Source: Entomortierella parvispora E1425
Lineage: Eukaryota > Fungi > Mortierellomycota
Direction of reading: 5' to 3'
Length of the DNA: 64,000 nucleotides
Assembly (NCBI GenBank): GCA_020891255.1
Contig: BQFW01000001.1
Coordinates: 930,001 to 994,000, forward strand
The position numbers were made by a program, and so were the translations under genes. A model generated the notes under the pieces. The model was not told the DNA's origin. It did not search any database and worked only from the letters and a program-made list of their open reading frames with translations. The first letter of the stretch is position 1; each line of letters begins with the position of its first letter. Below, in pieces: positions 15,079 through 26,898 of this stretch.

Positions 15079-16614
15079 ATGTCCCAATCCCCACAACAGG
15101 GCAATAGCTCACCAGCCGTGCGCCAGGGAATTCTTCGGAACCCCTCTAGTCGACCTGGTCCAGTTCAGCGCCACAACAGTATCATCCCGCCGCCCGATGA
15201 TTTCGGAGATGACCCTGAACTAGAAGACGACGACGACGACGATCTCTACCCAGAACTGACTGCAGATGAGGCTTACCAGAACGCGCTTGGTGGTCGATGG
15301 GGAGAAGGTCCTAGTAAAGTCGACGTGATTGATGCCGAGCGCGATTTCCGACAGCTCGAGCGAACCTTGACAACCTTGTCCCGTCGAAGTAGTGGTCTGG
15401 GCGGGGCTGCCGCCGCTGGGGTCGACCTAGATGAGCATGGAATGGTTCGAAGAAAAAGCTCTCGCAAAAGAATGCCAGGGCTTCCCCAAACAGCAGAAGA
15501 AGCCCAGGCTGAAGCTATCAAGCAGGAGGGTGACTTTGATTACGAATCGCACCTTAAGACCAATATCATTCCCAGTGCGAAGAAAGTTGGCTACAAGATG
15601 CGAACCATGGGTGTGGTCTGGAAAGAACTCAGCGTGATTGGAGAGGGTGTAGGCAATCAATTCATCCCCACGACTGGCGATCCCTTCATTGGCCTCTTTA
15701 ACTTGGTGAATCCATTCTTCTGGGTCCGCAAGTGTACAGGGCGCGATGGAACTCAGCCTCAGTTCCATTCTTCAGGCAATCCACAAGAAGATGCGGCTGC
15801 CGCTGCTGCCGCTGCCAAAGCAAAGAAGGTCACAAAGACGATCCTCTATCCAATGAACGGTTGTTGTCAGGATGGAGAGATGATCTTGGTCCTTGGAAGA
15901 CCAGGCTCTGGCTGCTCCACTTTGCTAAGAGTGCTTGCCAATGACCGCAAGAACTACAAGCAGGTCCTAGGCGAAGTCTCTTTTAATAACATTAGCGCCG
16001 GTACGGTCTCGAAACATTACAAAGGCGAGGTTCTGTACAATCAGGAAGGTGAGTCTACAGAAAGGCATCTTTTTCTGTTACGTTTTCTCCTGATATCTAA
16101 CGTTCACCTTTTTTGATTTGTAATATCAACCTGTGCGTTCGACACCTTAGACGACTTTCACTATCCCACACTCACGGTCCGTCAAACTCTTGAGACGGCC
16201 ATTAAGGCCAAGACCCCACGTGCACGCCTTCCGGAGGTTGCAACTCGAAAGGACTTCAGGGAAAAGTTCTTGGATGTCCTCACAAAAATGTATGGTCTCA
16301 CACGTCAGAAAGAGACCTTGGTCGGAAACGCTTTCATTCGCGGTATCTCTGGAGGAGAGCGTAAGCGACTTTCGATTGCAGAGCAAATGGCGACCCGGTC
16401 CAGTGTGAACATGTGGGACGGATCCACCCGTGGACTGGATGCTTCTTCAGCTCTAGACTACGTGAAGTCGCTGCGGGTTCAGACCAATTTGCTCAAAAAA
16501 GCCACCATTGTGACGATTTATCAAGCGGTAAGTTTGCGATATCTGGAGTGTCATCTCACTATCAGAGAAGTTGCAAGGTGTGTTATGAATATTCAAGCAG
16601 ATGCTAACTTCTTT

Positions 16615-16645
<31 letters not shown>

Positions 16646-19600
16646 GAAAAACTCGTAGTCTGAGAACATCTATGATCTCTTTGACAAAGTCCTGTTGCTG
16701 TACGACGGGCATTGCATCTACTTTGGCCCTGCAGAGGCAGCACGCCAATATTTTATCAATATGGGATTTGATTGCCCGGCCCGCCAGACCACTGCCGACT
16801 TTCTTACAGCTATTACGGACCCTCATGAACGCAAGCCTGCTCAAGGACTGGACCCAGCAGTGGCAGCTCAATTGCCAAGCACTCCAGAGCAGTTCGAGGC
16901 ATTGTACCAGCAGTCTGAATTCTATGAGCAGACATTACAACATATCCAAGAATATGAGGCCCAATTAGGCGGAAACGTGGCCGGAGATGAGTTCATTGCA
17001 GCTGCAAGGCAGGAAAAGCAAAAGCATGTATCAATCAAGAACCCATACACAATCACCTATTTGAACCAGATCTGGGCCATGACCACTCGCCAGGTTCAAT
17101 TGACTCGAGGAGACATTGGAAGTTTGATCTCGCGATACGTCTCTGTAAGTCAAAAGAGGGGCGGACAGGGTTTTGCTACTATGAGTTCTAATATCTGTCC
17201 CTCATCGCCTACAATAGATGCTGATCAAGGCTGCAGTCGTAGGAACTTGCTTCTTGCTACTTCCTACGACCAGTTCTGGTATGGGAGTGTTCTCACGAAA
17301 GAAAAAAAATCCGGTCAATCAGACACACTTCTCACCTTTCTCATCTTACCGTATTATTTCCTACAGGCGCATTCACTCGAGGAGGCGTCCTTTTTTTCTC
17401 ACTCCTTTTCAATTCTTTGATTGCTCAGGCTGAATTGCCTATGTCGTTACAAGGACGCCCCATCCTGTACAAGGTCAGTAGCAGACGCGAACATGATTTT
17501 CAACCCAACTTGAGGTCCTATGGCTCTCTAATTGTTCTTTTTTCACCACTGCCGCCAACATTCAATTCTCCATAACAGCTCAAGAACTTTGCCATGTATA
17601 GACCGTCCTCGTTTGGTCTTGCCCAGGTTGTCCTAGATATTCCCGTGATCGTGGTCCACAATTTGCTCTTTGCAGTCGTTCTGTATTTCCTCGCAGGTCT
17701 ACAGCGCACTCCCGGCAAATTTTTCATCTTTGTTTTGACCCTCAGTTTGTCGACCCTTTGCATGACAGCCTTTTTCCGAATGTGGGGTTGTGCCTCCAAA
17801 ACCTTTGATGATGCTACCAAATACAGTGGCCTGCTTCTTCTGGCCCTGATCTTGTACTCTGGCTATTTGATTCCATATCAAGCCATGCATCCCTGGTTCA
17901 TATGGATCTTTTGGATGTAAGTCAGTGACGCATAACCTTTTATTTTATATTTATTTATCATTGTTGAGATTGACTTGAAGTTCTTGAATCCAATAGAAAC
18001 CCTCTCGCATACGCGTTCAAAGCGTTGATGTCAAACGAAATGTCTGGGTTACGGTTCTCGTGTGATGGACCTTACCTGATCCCGTCTGGGCCTGAGTACA
18101 CGAATCTTTCTAATCAGGTCTGCACCTTGGCCGGATCCAAGCCAGGACAGAACTTTGTTGATGGACCCGACTACCTCTATGGAGCATTCCGCTACAAGGC
18201 GTCAGAAATGTGGATCAACATTGTGGCTGTAGCGCTGTTCTGGATTCTCTTCGCTTTCCTGACAACTATGGCTATGGAGCACCTCGAGTTTGGAAAAGGT
18301 GGTTTCTCCACCAACGTGTTTAAGCGATTAAGCGCCAAGGAACAGCGCAGCCGTCTTGCTGGAGTAGACGGCGGACCTGGTGTGGCAACGAGCGCACGGG
18401 TTGCTCCTGATGTGGAGAGAGGACTGAATCCTGCTATGTACGGTACCGATACCACGGCCACCTATCCAGTGGTTCACGACACCGCATTAGTAGGTAAAGG
18501 CGACTCCAAGGGCGGAGAAACAATGGTGAAAGGTTCCACCTTTGCTTGGCAGGATCTCGACTACGTAGTCCCTTACAAAGCTGATCCCTCTGGAAAGAAG
18601 CAGCTGTTGAACGGAATCGCGGGTCTTGTGAAGCCTGGTACGATGGTAGCTCTGATGGGATCCTCAGGAGCCGGAAAGACAACCCTCTTGGATGTATTGG
18701 CTCAACGCAAAAGCATGGGCACCGTTACAGGGCAGGTAGAGGTTGATGGTATGCCACTGAGAAGAGATTTTCAGCGGACAACTGGATACTGTGAGCAGTT
18801 GGATGTTCACGTTCCAGAGTGCACCGTTCGTGAGGCACTGCAATTCTCAGCCAATCTGCGTCAGCCAGCTGATGTGTCTGAGGCTGAGAAGGACGCGTAC
18901 GTCGACGAAATCATTCACATCTTGGAGATGGAAAGCATTGCGGACGCCATGATCGGCACCACAGAGTCAGGCCTAGGTATTTCGGTGGAGGAACGGAAGC
19001 GCTTGACAATCGGTGTAGAATTGGTTGCAAAACCAAAGCTGCTCTTTTTGGACGAGCCGACTTCAGGACTGGACGCGCAGGCATCGTACAACATTATGCG
19101 ATTTATGAGAAAGCTCACTGATCAAGGTCAGGCGATTCTTTGCACAATTCATCAGCCATCGTCGCAGCTTTTTGCCTTCTTTGATGGTCTTCTTTTGCTC
19201 GCCAAGGGTGGTCGGACTGTATTCTTTGGAGAGTTGGGTCAGGACTCCTCCAATCTGATCGAGTACTTTCAGAAGAATGGAGCGCCTATCTGCGCAGCCG
19301 ATGCAAATCCGGCCGAGTACATCTTGGATGTTGTGAACTCAAGACATTCGGACCTAGACTGGCCCACCATTTGGAACGCCTCCCCCGAGAAAGCCCAGTT
19401 GCTAAGGGATATCCAAGAGACGCGTGTGAACACAGATGGAGTGCCACCAGAACAAGTCGACCATAATTCCGAGCTGGAATTTGCCACCTCAACTAAAACG
19501 CAGTTCCACTACGTTTTCCGTCGCATGGCAAAGACATTCTGGCGTCTCCCTGGCTACAATATGGGTCGATTGGGCATGCTTATCGTGTTTGCTCTCCTTA

Positions 19601-20433
19601 ACGGATTCACATTCTACCGCCTGGGCAACAGCCTGGTCGCTCTCCAGTCCCGGGTCTTCGTCATTTTTCAAATCCTGGTCATGGCGCCTCTCTTTTGCAA
19701 CACTGTCGAACCAAGATTCCATATCGAGCGTCAGTGGTTTTTCCGCGAACTGGCAGGGAAATACTACTCTTGGAAGCCATTTGCCTTTTCAATCATCTTG
19801 ATCGAGTGGCCGTTCTTAATCTTTTCGGTAACAGTATTCTTCTGCATTCTGTACTGGACAGTCGGTTTTACCATGGATTCGGTCTCCACACTTTACACCT
19901 ATTTGATGCTTGTGATCTTCACGATCTTTGCCATCACCCTTGGACAGTTCATTGCAGCCTGGACACCTTCGACACAAATTGCGGCTTTGATGAACCCGTT
20001 CATTATTTCGGTCCTGAATTTGTTCTGCGGTGTGGTCATGCCTTACATGTCGATGCCAGGTATCTACCGATGGACGCTCTACTGGATCGATCCCTACCAC
20101 TATATCGTGGAAGGAATGGTGACGACTCAGCTGTACAATCTCGAAGTACGATGTGCCCCCACAGAGTACAACATCTTTCAACCCCCAGCGGGTCAGAGCT
20201 GCCAGGCCTTTGCAGCGGCGTTTCTGGCGAGGGCCCCTGGATATCTCAACAATCCCAATGACATGTCCAATTGTCAGTACTGTCAGTACTCAAAGGGGCA
20301 AGATTTCTACCAGAACCTGAACATGGATTTCGGACACCGGTGGAGAAACTTGGGTATTTCCCTTATCTACATTTGTTCGAACATCACTCTAATTCTTTTG
20401 GGCGTCAAGTTTTTCAAGGGTGCAAAGAGGTAG
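15079..20433 (+). CDS. Full-size PDR-type (ABCG) multidrug ABC transporter, multi-exon
   Basis: NBD1 with degenerate Walker A GRPGSGCST and signature ISGGERKRLSIAE. NBD2 with GSSGAGKTTLLDVLA, TTGYCEQLDVH and ISVEERKRLTIGVELVAKPKLLFLDEPTSGLD. Two TMDs and C-terminal CQYCQY…WRNLGI. NBD-TMD-NBD-TMD topology. Confidence 0.97.
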
Positions 20434-20530
20434 TGAGAAAGGCACGCGCAACATAATGGTCCCCTGCCGGGTTTTCAGGTTATAATTGAGGTGCTCTTTG
20501 TCTCCTATGAATAAAATATGACCCAGATAA

Positions 20531-21074
20531 AATTAGTGGTGCGCATCTAGTGGTGACCCCACCACTAGGCACCACTACACCACTGGAAGTTTTGGATGTC
20601 GATATTCGAGCGTCGCTCTTCAGGTACTAGGCCGTAACAATGTAGTACCCTTTGGTGGGAGGGAAAGTTCTTTTCAGGAACCAGCCACTTGACCATTGGC
20701 CTTTTCGTACCGTCGTAAAAGAGGAAACGACCGAGTATACCATAGGTTGAGTGACATTTGAGGTGAACAGAGATAATGGAAATATGAAGGGAGATATAAA
20801 GGATATTTAAAGAGAAGAAGGCGGTTCTGACGGTGGGCCTCTGGATAGGGAGACATGCAAGGATGGAGGAGGACAGCTGGCGAAAGAAGATAACAAAAAA
20901 AAAAAGAAAAGAAAAGTGACACACGAGTGTAGTTCAGATCGGAATTTTATTGGCATGGAGCCTGATGGCGCAGGGTGTCCACTGGTGCCTAGTGGTGCCT
21001 AGTGGTCCAGTGGTGCCTTGTGGTACCTAGTGGTGCCTAGTGGTGAGGTCACCACTAGACGCACACCACTAATT
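20531..21074. mobile_element. Non-autonomous DNA transposon (MITE-like), ~545 bp, ~47-bp terminal inverted repeats with subterminal CCTAGTGGTG repeats
   Basis: Left end AATTAGTGGTGCGCATCTAGTGGTGACCCCACCACTAGGCACCACTA versus reverse complement of right end AATTAGTGGTGTGCGTCTAGTGGTGACCTCACCACTAGGCACCACTA: 3 mismatches in 47. Tandem 10-mer repeats at ~20985-21045. No clear TSD. Confidence 0.8.
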
Positions 21075-21094
21075 TCTATGGCACCATGAAATAT

Positions 21095-21770
21095 TCATGG
21101 CGCAATCAGGCGTTCGAACCTGGCATATCCAATTCCCGTCGCAGAGTCGACATATTCACCTCGTTCCTCCAGTCCTCCGACTTCTCTGCCTCTAGATTTC
21201 TCTCTATAAAACTTCCTAAGCATGGGATTATTAGCTCGGCAATCCAACCGAAGATAACGCTTCTCGCCCTTAGTGGCCAGGATCAATTGCTCAACAAAAG
21301 TCAAAATATGGGGCACGATTCCTTGGCCCTGAAACGGCTTCTCTACCACCAGTCGATGAACATAGATCGCATCCTGCCAAGGGTCCACGAAATGCGCCCA
21401 CAACATCTCGTCAAAGGGATCATTGTAATTGAGCGCGAAAATCGCTGCAATGGTGCCTTCACTCTGATCTGATGAAGAAAGAGGACTGTGGATAATCACA
21501 TACGAATTCCTGCTCTGTATGGCCTCGAGGATATGGGTTCTCGACGTTTCTGAGCAGAAGGTGCCTGGGATCCATTGCTTCAGGCCCTGTGATTCCATCC
21601 ATTCCGCAGCACGTTCGAGAACATCGATGTAGGCTCCTAGTTGTGACGGGAGGGTCTATTGCATTACCATGAGTAAAAGGTCAGCGAACACACGCAAAGG
21701 ATAAGAGATCGTTGGGTGTTGCAATGCCTACGTTGCGGATGGCGAAGTCGCCAAAGCGATAGAGGTCCAT
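21095..21770 (-). CDS. GNAT-family N-acetyltransferase; exons 21770-21732, 21655-21095 (199 aa)
   Basis: Acetyl-CoA motif A YVHRLVVEKPFQGQGIV and motif B LRLDCRANNPMLRKFY. 76-nt phase-0 GT-AG intron with CTGAC branch site gives MDLYRFGDFAIRN|TLPSQLGAYIDVLERAAEWMESQGLKQW. Confidence 0.88.
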
Positions 21771-21869
21771 GGAGCTGGTTTTCAAGTGGTGCAAAGCTGC
21801 AACGCCAAAGAATGCCGCCATACATCAAAAAAACGTGACTCATATTTTATCAGCGGAACATATTGTTTA

Positions 21870-24843
21870 TTATGAATCACTGTCGGCTTCCCCCTCTTCA
21901 TCACCGTCTTCTTCTTCTACCATTGGAGGGCACTGATCCAGCTTTTTGCCGTGTTTATCGTCTTCTTCTGCAGTGGGCGCCCGATCGACCCTTGTCCGGC
22001 CGTCCTGCTGAATATAAACGTTGTTTGTGCAAAAGCTGATCCTACGCTTGCGCTCTCGCTCTTCTAACCGCTCAAGAGAGGAAGTGGTCGATGCTTGGTC
22101 ATCCAGAGCATCGTCGTCGGACCCGATCACCATCAACTCCTCCTTTTGCGCAGCTTCTTGATCCAGGTCCTTTTTCAATGATCCGATCGATCGAGATTGA
22201 GGATCGGCCTGGTCTTGCGACAACAGCTGGTCAAGACCAACAATCTTGCCCTGTTCGATTGTTGATCCTCCGACTTCTCCGAATTCAATATCATCCTCGC
22301 CAATATCGGATTCCTCTTCGACCTCATCATCATCGTCGTCGTCATCCGAATCATCGTCCGAATCATCATCCGACTCGTCTTCTTCATCCTCCAGCCAAGC
22401 AACAAATTTTGAGCTCTAAAATATACACGAATTCCATATTGGGTTAGACGTGTGCCTGGAGCACCAAAAAATAAACAATTACATCATGAAGCTATACAAA
22501 TGCAACATACCATGCTCCGAAGGCCGTCGCCATGACCAAAAACTCCCTCAGGTTCTTGTAGCAGTCGCCACCATTCCAAGATGGCATCCGCATCCAAGAC
22601 ATCGAACTTGTAGAGGGCCATCAGTTGAGAAACATGATTTCGCATCAACTTGTCGTTGGTCTTTGCGTTCCGCTCCAGCTTCTCCAACAGCTGCAACTGC
22701 TCGTGATGCGTAGCCACATAGTTGAGTAACAAGGGCACAAAAATACTCTTAAACCTCGTTTCCACCGCAACCTTGGCACTGACACGATCTCCAGTATCGG
22801 CCATCAACACCATTCCGGTCCCCCATCCTCCTGTGGCGGCTCCTCCGGCGTCAACACGTTCATTTTCCCACCATTTCATAAACTCTTGTGCGAGAACAAG
22901 GATCAGATCCTCCGAGGCGGCATCATACTTTAGCAAGAGGTCGTCTAGCTGGAGAATAGTCCGTGCTGGCGTGAATTTTGCCACAAGGGCTTGATGTAGA
23001 AATTTGTGAGCCATTGAATCAAAGGTTTCGTTGGCATCCGCAGGAGGGTCCTGAACGTCATCCTCCGGGGAACGCGAGCGGTCTTTCTTTAAAAGAATCT
23101 CCATCATAGTGCATGGTACATCGTCATTGTCGTCATCAGCCTCTTCATTCTCGTCCTCAGAGAATGCTCCATGATTGCCGCTTGGTGAATCCAGTACGTT
23201 AACTTCTGGGACGCTAAATGAAACCTTGGGTGCCTGTTCATTCTCTTTCCTAATCGCCAGAACTTGATTCTCCTGATCTTCCAAATGCTCTGTCACGTCG
23301 TTATTCCGCCAACACAGAGGTGGTGTCTTTGACGACTGAGAAGGGTTGTCCGAGGTCACGCCCTTGCGTGTCTTTGAGTGGGCTGAAGACGATTCATCTT
23401 CAGAGTGATGATCAAGGTTGGAATGGTGAAGCATCAAGCCTCCTAGCCCACTCGAAAGAGAATAGGGCGAACTGTCGTAACCAATTTTGTAGGAAGAGGA
23501 GGCCTGTTTGTCCTTAAGCTCTTGCATATCCAACTGCATCTGCTCCAGCTCTGCCTTCAAATTGGCTACTTTGAGTTCTTCAGCCTCCAGCTTGCTATTG
23601 AGTTCTTTTCTGATCCGCAGATAGATCTGATCTATAAGAGCTCTGTTGTGTCGCTCAGACCTCAGATCTGCCTTCGCTTGCGCCAAGGACGACTTGAGTG
23701 TCTTGTTCTTGGCAGAAAGTCGATGAATAGATCGTCTACGCCTCGATTTCCGGTCGAGGTTCAGGGAGTCATCTGCTACAGAGTCATTATCGTTCGAGTC
23801 GCTTCCTAGAATCCCTTTATCATCATCTTCCGTTTCCATTGTGTCGCAGTCGCTACTCTCTCGTAAACTTGAGGAGGAGGACACGTCAGAATCGAGTGCG
23901 GGAGGGTGAAGGCTTAAATTTAAATCTGAAGAAAACAATGGTCTATACAATGAGAGTGGGGGAGAAAAATGGGTTGTCAGTGTCTGTGTTGTTAGTTGTT
24001 GTGATGTATGTGGTCTAGGAGTTTGGGGGCAAGGAGGGGGGCGAAGTGGTAGCTGGGCTCAGTCGCCGGAGAGGGAAAATGAGAATATTTTAGGAGTCAT
24101 GATGCATACCCAGACGCAGATTTTGAAGATCGGAACTCTTGACTGTGGCGGTTGGATTGGAGGAGATGGTGCTGGTTCTGTTGGATATATTGCTCCATCT
24201 CACTTGGAGCTGGCTCGGGATCACTATTGTTTGCGTCTGATGTCCCTGTTGCCGCCGCAAGCATTACTGCTGGGTGGGTAGCAGTGGAGGCTGCAACACA
24301 CGACGCATAAGATAATGATGACGAATTGCGTGATGCTGTTCTTGACAAGGATTTTGCAAGTGGCGGTGGTGTGGTGGGGATATTTTTCTTTGGAGAGTTG
24401 TTCATTGAAAATGGGGTCGATGCTGCTGTTGACAAGGCGCTTCCAGCCTGGCGACAACTAGTGGAAGTAGGAATACGAGCTGGAGGACGAGCGCCAGAAC
24501 GACTGTTGGGAGATCGTTGTTGGTAACCCTGGTGATGGTGTTGAGCGAGTGAATGGTTATCTGGCCGGTACAGGGTGCGCTCATGCTGAAAGCTGTATTG
24601 CTGCTGTTGGTGCTGCTGCTTTTGGGCAACAGTGCCAGAAGAGCAGTACCTCTGTTGGTGTGGATGCTGCGGTTGATTTTGCTGGCGTGGTTCGTGATGC
24701 TGCTGCTGTGTCATTGTGCGTGTGCAAGAAGAGGAGGGTAGGCGGCCGCTGCGTGGGATACCACCAAAGGACCTTTGCTGGTGCTGCTGTGGTTGTTGAG
24801 GTTGTTGCTGGGAGAGGACAAGAATAGGTGTTTTGCCCTTCAT
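21870..24843 (-). CDS. Gln-rich/coiled-coil protein with C-terminal W2 (eIF4G/eIF5/eIF2B-epsilon-type) domain and acidic tail; exons 24843-24110, 23942-22511, 22415-21870 (~903 aa)
   Basis: W2 aromatic/acidic boxes LYKFDVLDADAILEWW and SSKFVAWLEDEEDESDDD across an intron, plus a coiled coil KTLKSSLAQAKADL…ELKDKQ. Both introns are phase-consistent and the exon total of 2712 nt equals 904 codons. Confidence 0.78.
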
Positions 24844-25841
24844 GGCTATGCTGTTTAGAACAAGAGCTGTCACTGGCGCTGGTGCTGTTGAAAGGGAGCG
24901 GAGAGATGCTTAGAGCAGGGAAAGTTGCAAGAAGGGTAAAAAAGGCAAGAAAGCGAAGTATGCAAGTCGACAGGGTCCAAAAAGTTGGTGTGCGTGGCAA
25001 TAATAATGGGTGGCAAAGAAGAGCTGAAAGAGACGAGAGGAATGGTGCAAAGGGATGAGGAGTGGGTAGACATGTAAACTCGAGGGTGTTTGTGAGTGTG
25101 TGTATGTGATAGAGAGAGCAGGCCAGAATAGAGGAATGAAGCGAGCTTGCGTTGCGTAGCGATGGAGAGGAGAGTGGGCAAGAATAGAAGAGACGAGAGT
25201 GAAGGTGATGGGAACTGGGCGAACAGAGGAAGAGGGATGTTGGTTGATGGGAAAGAGAAAAAAAAAGTGATTCATCGAACAAAAGAGAACGGCTGGCCGG
25301 AGGCAACGGGACGGGCTGAGACATGAAACACAGCTGGACAGTGCAGCCAGGCTGGCACCTCTTTCCGTTCTTTCTTCTTTCCTTGCGTCCCTTCTTCCTC
25401 CCTTCTTCCTCCCTTCGGACCCTGTTACCCCATCAGCCCTGGGTAGGTGGATGCGTCACTAAGCATCCGTTTACTGTCGTTGCTCCTTCCGTCTCTTGTC
25501 CTCTGTTTGTGCGTCAAGTGAACTGTGCAGACATTTCTCTGGTTCGAGTGAAGGACTGCGTTTGAAGCCTAGGTGACTCACATCCTTGGACCTTCAAGAA
25601 CTTACGGGGCGCGGATGCCCTTTTTGACTTTGAGTTTGGTGTCGGTGTTTGGGAGAAGGTCGCTGTGGACAGACAGACCGCAGAGCGACACACAGACAGC
25701 GACACAAGAAAGGGATTCACCCCATCCACACACCCACCAAACAAACGAACAAAAAAAAAAAACGCGTGACCCCACAAGCCAAGAGGGCCCTCTGACAACC
25801 CAGGACGGACAGACGGCTGTTGTGCTGCATGGTCTGGCACT

Positions 25842-25844
<3 letters not shown>

Positions 25845-25876
<32 letters not shown>
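25845..25876. repeat. (GA)n microsatellite in the divergent promoter region between the W2 gene and casein kinase I
   Basis: Direct reading of ~15 GA units. Confidence 0.9.
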
Positions 25877-25883
<7 letters not shown>

Positions 25884-26704
25884 GGACGCCAGCTTGATCC
25901 CCTTCTTCCTCGTCTTCCTCGTCTCCATCATTAACCTCGCTCCCCTCCCTCTCACTCTTTTGTCTCTCTCTTTTTCCTCTCTATCTCTCTCACTCTATCT
26001 ATCTCTCTTGTTCCCTTGTCGCGCTCTCCTCTTCTCCCTGCCCCTTCTCTCATCCACTTCTAGCATTAACTGCTGGGGTGCTTCTCTTACCCACACACGC
26101 TCTTTCACTCTTTGGACATCCCTCTCCTCCTACACTCACTCACTCACACACAATTGCTATTTTGGTTCCCATCCGTCGTTGGATTCCCGTCTCAACCTCC
26201 TTCCTTGCCTTCCCTCCCCTCCTTCCTTGCCTTCTCTCCTTCCTTCTCCCTTTCTCTTCTGCATCTGTGCTGCCCGTCTCCCCGCTGCACCTTCCATCCC
26301 TTCATCTTCCCTCAGATTTTGCTCTGCTCTTTCTGAAGTACTCCTACATTCATCCTCCCTCCCTCCCTGGAAAGGCCTTGATTCTCCACGTAAGACCCTT
26401 TCAGCTCTCCCTTTTCTTCTCTCTGTCCCGTCCAACGGTACCACCATCCATCCAGCAGCAGCATAAGATGATGTGGCCCCTCCTTGAACCTATTCAGAAA
26501 CTCTGAAAGGGGTCAAATCCAAATGGATCACAGTCAAGGAAGGGTTTTCTTTGACCCCCCCCCACCCCTTCTCATTCTCTTACCATTCTTTGATTTGTAC
26601 TGCATGTGCGCAAAAGCGAACCCACTGAGGAAGACTTAATAACAAACAATCTTTTTTTATTATTTTTTTTTTCTTCGTTACCTCATTCCACATCCATCCT
26701 TAGC

Positions 26705-26865
26705 ATGAGTAGCAGCTCCCATAGCACACACTCGTCCTCCAACGTTGTCGGTGTCCATTATAGAGTCGGCAAGAAAATTGGCGAAGGAAGCTTCGGCATC
26801 ATTTATGAAGGCATGTTTTATACCCGCTTATTATCTCCTTCCATCCTTGACCCTCGCAAAAGGGC

Positions 26866-26898
<33 letters not shown>

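Noticed and set aside
20985-21050. Short direct repeats resembling a CRISPR or iteron array
   Set aside because: Eukaryotic context, 10-bp units with no spacers, and they are part of a transposon's inverted termini.
25300-26600. Long ORFs such as 25573-26466 and 24581-25324
   Set aside because: They are translations of CT/GA-rich promoter or UTR sequence giving Leu/Ser/Phe low-complexity products, not credible proteins.
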